Virus record (IMG/VR): IMGVR_UViG_3300042465_004012
Coordinates: 1 to 64,000 of that record
Length of the DNA stretch: 64,000 nt
From: a virus
Strand: one strand, 5' to 3'
Positions 59,172-64,000 of this stretch are shown here, piece by piece. The position numbers and the translations under genes were made by a program. The notes below the pieces were generated by a model. It searched no databases. It was not told where the DNA came from and saw nothing but the letters and a program-made list of their open reading frames with translations. How positions within the stretch are numbered: the stretch's first letter is position 1; each line of letters begins with the position of its first letter.

Positions 59172-61103
59172 ATGGACCATATGGCGAAATATTATAAGAA
59201 TCTATCTGAGCACCTTTTCAACGAAAGAGATAATTTGCTTAGATTGTTAAGCGAGAGAGCTCCAGCTCCTAAAAAATCACAGTCTCGCTTAGTTGATGGT
59301 GTTTGGGTTGATGATAATGGTAATCCGGTTCAGGGTGCCCCAAATCCGCTTGCACCCCCAGATTTGTTGACTCCAAACGTAGATCCAATCTCACCTGCAG
59401 ATATGGTAGGTCCACCAAGTCCACCAAGTCCACCAAGTCCACCTGATCTAACGCCACCTCCTGGAATTGCTTTACCTGATCCAAACGAAGCTCCTGGTTT
59501 AATTGGTATAGGTGAACCTGGTTCACCTGGCGTAGCTCCACTACCACAAAATCCTAACCCAGCATTTACTCCACAGAACCCAGGAATATCTCCAGCTTCC
59601 CAGCTTCCATCATCGGGGACACCTGCACCGTCAGATAGAGAAAAAGAACAGGGTGATTATGAAGCTGCAAGAAGAGCTTATTACGCAAAAAGAAATCAAC
59701 AATCAAGAGATGAAGCAGAAGAAAATCTTGTACGAATGGGTGCCCTTAATCCAAGCTCAAGTGCGTCAACAAATGCAGCTAGAGCTGTAAGTCAATTACG
59801 TTCTCAGAGAGCACTGAAGAAAGGTAATGATAAATTTAATCAAGCTGATATTGACAGAATGGTAAAGAGCGATTCGAAAGAACGCTTTATGAGCCAAGCG
59901 GACAAAGACGCACGAAAAGCTAGAGATGCAACAGCTGTTGCGGGATTAGAAAAAGCTGGTCACGAGAAGCTGGGACATACTCAAAACGCAAGAGGCGAAT
60001 GGGTTGATGCACAAGGAAAGCCTGCTTCACTTGTTGGTCCAACCGTTGACAGATTTGGACCAGATAAAATAATCCAAGGAACGAGTATGACTTATGGTGA
60101 GTTTGAAAGACAAACTGGTCGTAAGTATGATGCAACAAATAAAGAGGACAGCACTTTAGTAAGTAGACTAGCAGGGGCTGGAAGATATAGTTCAGAAGCA
60201 GCAAGACAAGGAGCTCTTAGCTCTGATGCAATGAATCAAGGGTATCAAAGACAAAACGATGAAATGGCTAGAGAGACCGGAAAGCTTGATCGTCAAGTTG
60301 ATGTATCACAAAGAGAATTAGATCGTTTTAGAAATGATCCAAAATATCGTGAAAGTCAAAGAAATATCGATTCACAAGGAAGACAAATTGTAACTCCTGG
60401 GTTTATAAACAATATTGCACAACAAACTGCCGCTGATCTAAGAGATCGTACAGATGTTCCGGTTGATGTAAATAATGACCGTGGTTCAATAGAAGATAGA
60501 GGTCCCAAGACAAGAGGTGGTCAGGTTACACAGGCTGCAGCAAATATGACAGCTGCTCCGGTTCAACAACCAATTGCTTCAGTACAACCTTCAGTAAGTA
60601 CTGGTGGTATGAATCAACCAATGGATATCAATGATTTTCCAGCGGAAGAAGAAAAGCCGACTCCAGCTGGAGCAAATAGTGCTGTTGGTCAACCACAATT
60701 ACAAACCAGACAACAAGTTCCACCACCAGCATCAGCTCCAACATCTGTAGGACCACCATCAAGTAATACTAACCAAGTGAAACCTACTGTTGCACCTGCA
60801 CGTAATGCAACTATTCCACAACCTACTGCCACACCAGCCCGACCACCTGCTCCGGCTGCACCACCAGTAGCAGTTGGATCATCTGTGACAGCAAAAGCAG
60901 CAACAATGACTACCAAACCACAATTGGCTAGTGCTGGTGCTCCAATTGATGCACAACAAACAGGTGGACCGACTGCACAAAACAGAGGAATTCCAATTCC
61001 ATCAGCTAACCCAATGGCTGATGCACAGGCTGGACCCCTAGGTGCACCACTGAAGAAGAAACTGGTAACAACTGCTGGTAGAACTCCTAACATAAGAGCA
61101 TAA
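59172..61103 (+). CDS. Pro-rich low-complexity late protein with YYKN leader
   Basis: CTAAATA and GAGG upstream; MDHMAKYYKNLSE...LLSE, then PPS repeats. Confidence 0.65.
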   Translation: MDHMAKYYKNLSEHLFNERDNLLRLLSERAPAPKKSQSRLVDGVWVDDNGNPVQGAPNPLAPPDLLTPNVDPISPADMVGPPSPPSPPSPPDLTPPPGIALPDPNEAPGLIGIGEPGSPGVAPLPQNPNPAFTPQNPGISPASQLPSSGTPAPSDREKEQGDYEAARRAYYAKRNQQSRDEAEENLVRMGALNPSSSASTNAARAVSQLRSQRALKKGNDKFNQADIDRMVKSDSKERFMSQADKDARKARDATAVAGLEKAGHEKLGHTQNARGEWVDAQGKPASLVGPTVDRFGPDKIIQGTSMTYGEFERQTGRKYDATNKEDSTLVSRLAGAGRYSSEAARQGALSSDAMNQGYQRQNDEMARETGKLDRQVDVSQRELDRFRNDPKYRESQRNIDSQGRQIVTPGFINNIAQQTAADLRDRTDVPVDVNNDRGSIEDRGPKTRGGQVTQAAANMTAAPVQQPIASVQPSVSTGGMNQPMDINDFPAEEEKPTPAGANSAVGQPQLQTRQQVPPPASAPTSVGPPSSNTNQVKPTVAPARNATIPQPTATPARPPAPAAPPVAVGSSVTAKAATMTTKPQLASAGAPIDAQQTGGPTAQNRGIPIPSANPMADAQAGPLGAPLKKKLVTTAGRTPNIRA

Positions 61104-61636
61104 TGAGTAAATATTTAAAATATTTCATAGAAGCTAACGCTCCAGGAAAGGGACCAAGTATCGTTCCGGGAACAGAATCCATCGACAGTGGTGCTGTAGT
61201 TGGATTAGGTGGATCAGAGATTTTTGCAGATATCATTGTTCGAAATCCATCAGGAAAGGGTATTTCGCCAACAACAACAGCAGTAAAAAAACCTAGCTTT
61301 GGTTTGGGTTTTGATCTTACTCCAACTCTTGCTGCACAGGTTATGAATGTTATGCGTGCTCACGGTGACAAAGAAGCTAAAACTCGACTAGGGTTAAATG
61401 GTGACAGTAATGATACAGAGAACAACTATGATGAATTTGCTACATGGCAAGATGTCAATCAGGCTGTCGGAAACTATGTAAGAACACGAGTAAATACTGA
61501 CTTAAAACCCTATAAATTGGGGGCAGTTCCACTAAACCCGGTATCTCAATATGATGGTTTAGACACAACAAAAATGGGATTGATTGCTACTAAAAAAACC
61601 AAGGCAAAAGTAAAAATTAATCCAGCTAAATACTAA
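61103..61636 (+). CDS. Hypothetical protein with CTS-like leader
   Basis: MSKYLKYFIE; TAATG coupling to the upstream gene. Confidence 0.6.
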   Translation: MSKYLKYFIEANAPGKGPSIVPGTESIDSGAVVGLGGSEIFADIIVRNPSGKGISPTTTAVKKPSFGLGFDLTPTLAAQVMNVMRAHGDKEAKTRLGLNGDSNDTENNYDEFATWQDVNQAVGNYVRTRVNTDLKPYKLGAVPLNPVSQYDGLDTTKMGLIATKKTKAKVKINPAKY

Positions 61637-61674
61637 TACTAAAGTACTATAGACTTTACACAAAGGAAAAAATA

Positions 61675-62265
61675 ATGAATTATCTGACACAATATTACAA
61701 AAATCGTTGCGACCAACTGCAAGAACAAATTTCGCAAATCAACTACAGTCTCCGTAATTTATCGGAAGCTGTTGCTACCTCAACCATGGGCGCAGCCAAA
61801 ACAGGCATGTCAACTGGCCCAGTTTATGGTGGTGGTGGAACTTCAAATGACGTAATTGCAGATTTTATGAGTCGCTGGGGTCAACCTGGTTACGATGGAG
61901 CTGGTTTGGGTCGTTTGCTTGGTAGCATGGTCCCAAATAATAATGATGTAAATGCAGGCGAGGCAACAAGTTCTGCTGGTAATGGCGTGGGTGCAGCTGC
62001 TCAAAGAATTATGGCAGGAAAAAGCCCAACTTCATCAGCCTCAGCATCCGATAAAGTGGGTTCTGGTGTTGGTGCAGCTACTTCTGCAGGAACCAATAAT
62101 CAACAAACCGTTGATCAATTCCTCGCAAACTGGGGTCAACCTGGTTACGATGGAGCTGCCTTGGGTCAATTGCTTGGTAACATGGTACCATCAAATGCTC
62201 CTGCTCCTAACGCTTATGGTACAGTTGGTTCACAAACAAGTAATCGCCGCAAACGCGGAATGTAA
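61675..62265 (+). CDS. Gly/Ala-rich late protein with YYKN leader and two WGQPGYDGAxLGxLLG repeats
   Basis: SD AAAGGA; identical 28-nt stretch at 61876 and 62131. Confidence 0.7.
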   Translation: MNYLTQYYKNRCDQLQEQISQINYSLRNLSEAVATSTMGAAKTGMSTGPVYGGGGTSNDVIADFMSRWGQPGYDGAGLGRLLGSMVPNNNDVNAGEATSSAGNGVGAAAQRIMAGKSPTSSASASDKVGSGVGAATSAGTNNQQTVDQFLANWGQPGYDGAALGQLLGNMVPSNAPAPNAYGTVGSQTSNRRKRGM

Positions 62266-62451
62266 TCATAAAAACAATTTAGTTTTACTTTTGAAGAGCT
62301 CATCAAAAATCTTGGTGAGCTCTTCTCTTTTTTTGCAATATTGGTTATACTCTTTTAAAGTTTCTTTTCCATCAGTTTCAAGTCTACCAAGTTTATACAT
62401 GACAGATCCAAATTCGTAAATTTGTTCTTCAAGTTCTTTGTTTGAAATCAT
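62266..62451 (-). CDS. Small early protein
   Basis: ATG 6 nt after a TTGGAT-N17-TATAAT promoter (62458-62486). Confidence 0.6.
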   Translation of the reverse strand: MISNKELEEQIYEFGSVMYKLGRLETDGKETLKEYNQYCKKREELTKIFDELFKSKTKLFL

Positions 62452-62502
62452 GTGTGTATTATACTCCATAATTACCTTTAATCCAACAGAATAAATAGAT
62501 AT

Positions 62503-64000
62503 ATGAGTGACCATGTTAATAAGAATTTTATCTCCAGTATAACTGGTAAGCATTTGTTGACTGAATCAGATAAACGCTTAATTCTTAAAAAAGAAAAAGA
62601 AGCTGCTGAAATTTTACGTCTACAACAAGTAAAACTTCAAGAGGAATCTAATAAACAACGATTTATAGCAGCTCATTATGAAAAATTAAGAAATCCTTAT
62701 ATTCCATCATTAAATAAAGATTTTGCAAAATCTTTGAATGAATCTTTGAGTAGACATTTTTCTAGATTACCTAAGCATTTACATGAACAAGTAACTTCTC
62801 CTTCTGATTGGGTTCCACAAAACACTCCTGTTGGAATATTTTATGTAAATAAAATTACCGGTGAGTGGATGAATTCTTTTGGTCATGTAGCACTCAGTTT
62901 AGAAGATTTATTACACGCTACTGGTGAAGAAATGGATTCTGATGTATCGCAAAGATCATTAACTGCGCAAACAATTGAAGATCCAATACTTCCTGCAGCA
63001 ACAAGCATTCTTGACTATGAAATTTGGTCAACAACATTTTATGATGTTCCAACATGGAATACTGAAAGTTACACCACTTTCGCTATAGTTCCTTCTATCT
63101 TTTTAATAACAAATCAGTATAATGGATATAGAAATATAGGAAATACATCAGCATCTGACTGGACTACTGGTCTCAGAAATACATTTGTAAGTCTCGCTTC
63201 TTCCATTCCAGAAAGTAGAAGAGTATGTTTGGTATACGCATACTTTGATGAAATGGTTCCTTTTTCGTGGAATAAAACTGCATATTATGCAAATACATTG
63301 GACGGTGTAACTTATGGAAACAGAAGATTTTTGACTCCTTGGATGGATACAATGTATTCAGAGCATAAAGATCACTTTAAAACTGTGCTTCAATATTTGG
63401 ATTCAAACAATATAACAATTCCTTATTTCCAAGATGACAAGGAATCTGCGGCTCCAATATTTGGCTTGGATGGATTAGCTCTTTATTATGGACAATCAAG
63501 TTTTGATGCTTCCGGTAACCCAACAGCGATTTGGGCTAATACCGGTTATGGTGGAATATATTATTATGACGCAAGAATAACAGCATCATACATGCATGAT
63601 TCAAGATTTACTGGGCTTACAAATCCTCAATCAAATCAAACTTTGTCTGCTTCTATAGTAGATATATACAATTCTATACCAGGAAATACTCCATTTACAG
63701 GAAGTGCACCTGAATTGCTATCAAGAGCATATGGAGTAACTCATCCGGGCGACTTTGTTGCATATGGATTCTACAATGAAAGACCTTACAGTTATTATGG
63801 ACCCGGACCAGCAGTTACAGAATCTCAAAGAAGAAATGATATATCGATAAAACGTTCTCACTTGTCTGCAATGAATGAATTGATACAAGGAAATTATGCG
63901 TCAAGAGTTTTTTATGATACATTTGATGAAGTACCAAGATTTAATTCTTCAATTTATTCAGATTATGAAGAAGCTCCAATATCACCAGAAGAATCAATAT
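62503..64000 (+). CDS. Large late protein, 3' truncated by window edge (not in ORF track)
   Basis: Frame open from ATG 62503 to the window end; AATAAATA 5 nt upstream; aromatic-rich C-terminal region. Confidence 0.75.
   Translation, partial: MSDHVNKNFISSITGKHLLTESDKRLILKKEKEAAEILRLQQVKLQEESNKQRFIAAHYEKLRNPYIPSLNKDFAKSLNESLSRHFSRLPKHLHEQVTSPSDWVPQNTPVGIFYVNKITGEWMNSFGHVALSLEDLLHATGEEMDSDVSQRSLTAQTIEDPILPAATSILDYEIWSTTFYDVPTWNTESYTTFAIVPSIFLITNQYNGYRNIGNTSASDWTTGLRNTFVSLASSIPESRRVCLVYAYFDEMVPFSWNKTAYYANTLDGVTYGNRRFLTPWMDTMYSEHKDHFKTVLQYLDSNNITIPYFQDDKESAAPIFGLDGLALYYGQSSFDASGNPTAIWANTGYGGIYYYDARITASYMHDSRFTGLTNPQSNQTLSASIVDIYNSIPGNTPFTGSAPELLSRAYGVTHPGDFVAYGFYNERPYSYYGPGPAVTESQRRNDISIKRSHLSAMNELIQGNYASRVFYDTFDEVPRFNSSIYSDYEEAPISPEESI

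Overview
64-kb segment of a large, AT-rich T4-like (Tevenvirinae/Kyanoviridae-style) myophage genome, standard genetic code. All family assignments come from motif recognition by eye; no searches were run. Layout: (1) 1-8076, a very AT-rich sugar-biosynthesis, glycosyltransferase and methyltransferase island; (2) 8107-14078, T4 core gp55-gp47-gp46-gp45-gp44-gp62-regA; (3) 14082-33409, a ~19-kb block between regA and gp43 holding a GT2-TPR glycosyltransferase, ~14 modular collagen/LamG/Mtd-like fibre genes, a methyltransferase, dUTPase and a reverse-strand lysis-like trio; (4) 33469-43498, Nmad-like protein, gp43, UvsX, gp41, gp61, ThyX and class II RNR; (5) 43504-50768, tRNA-Asn, nucleases and accessory genes; (6) 46465-64000, many late-promoter genes for low-complexity proteins with N-terminal leaders ending in (L/I/V)xE, suggesting head-packaged, protease-processed cargo, plus tRNA-Tyr and small early genes. 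Main leads: a leaderless-mRNA promoter architecture (TTGAY-N16-TATAAT-N6/7-ATG and TAAATA-N5-10-ATG); a probable BclA-like fibre glycosylation system; a set of putative injected proteins including a cleavable HNH module; and a repeat resembling the Phycisphaerales dockerin-like motif, which hints at a planctomycete host.
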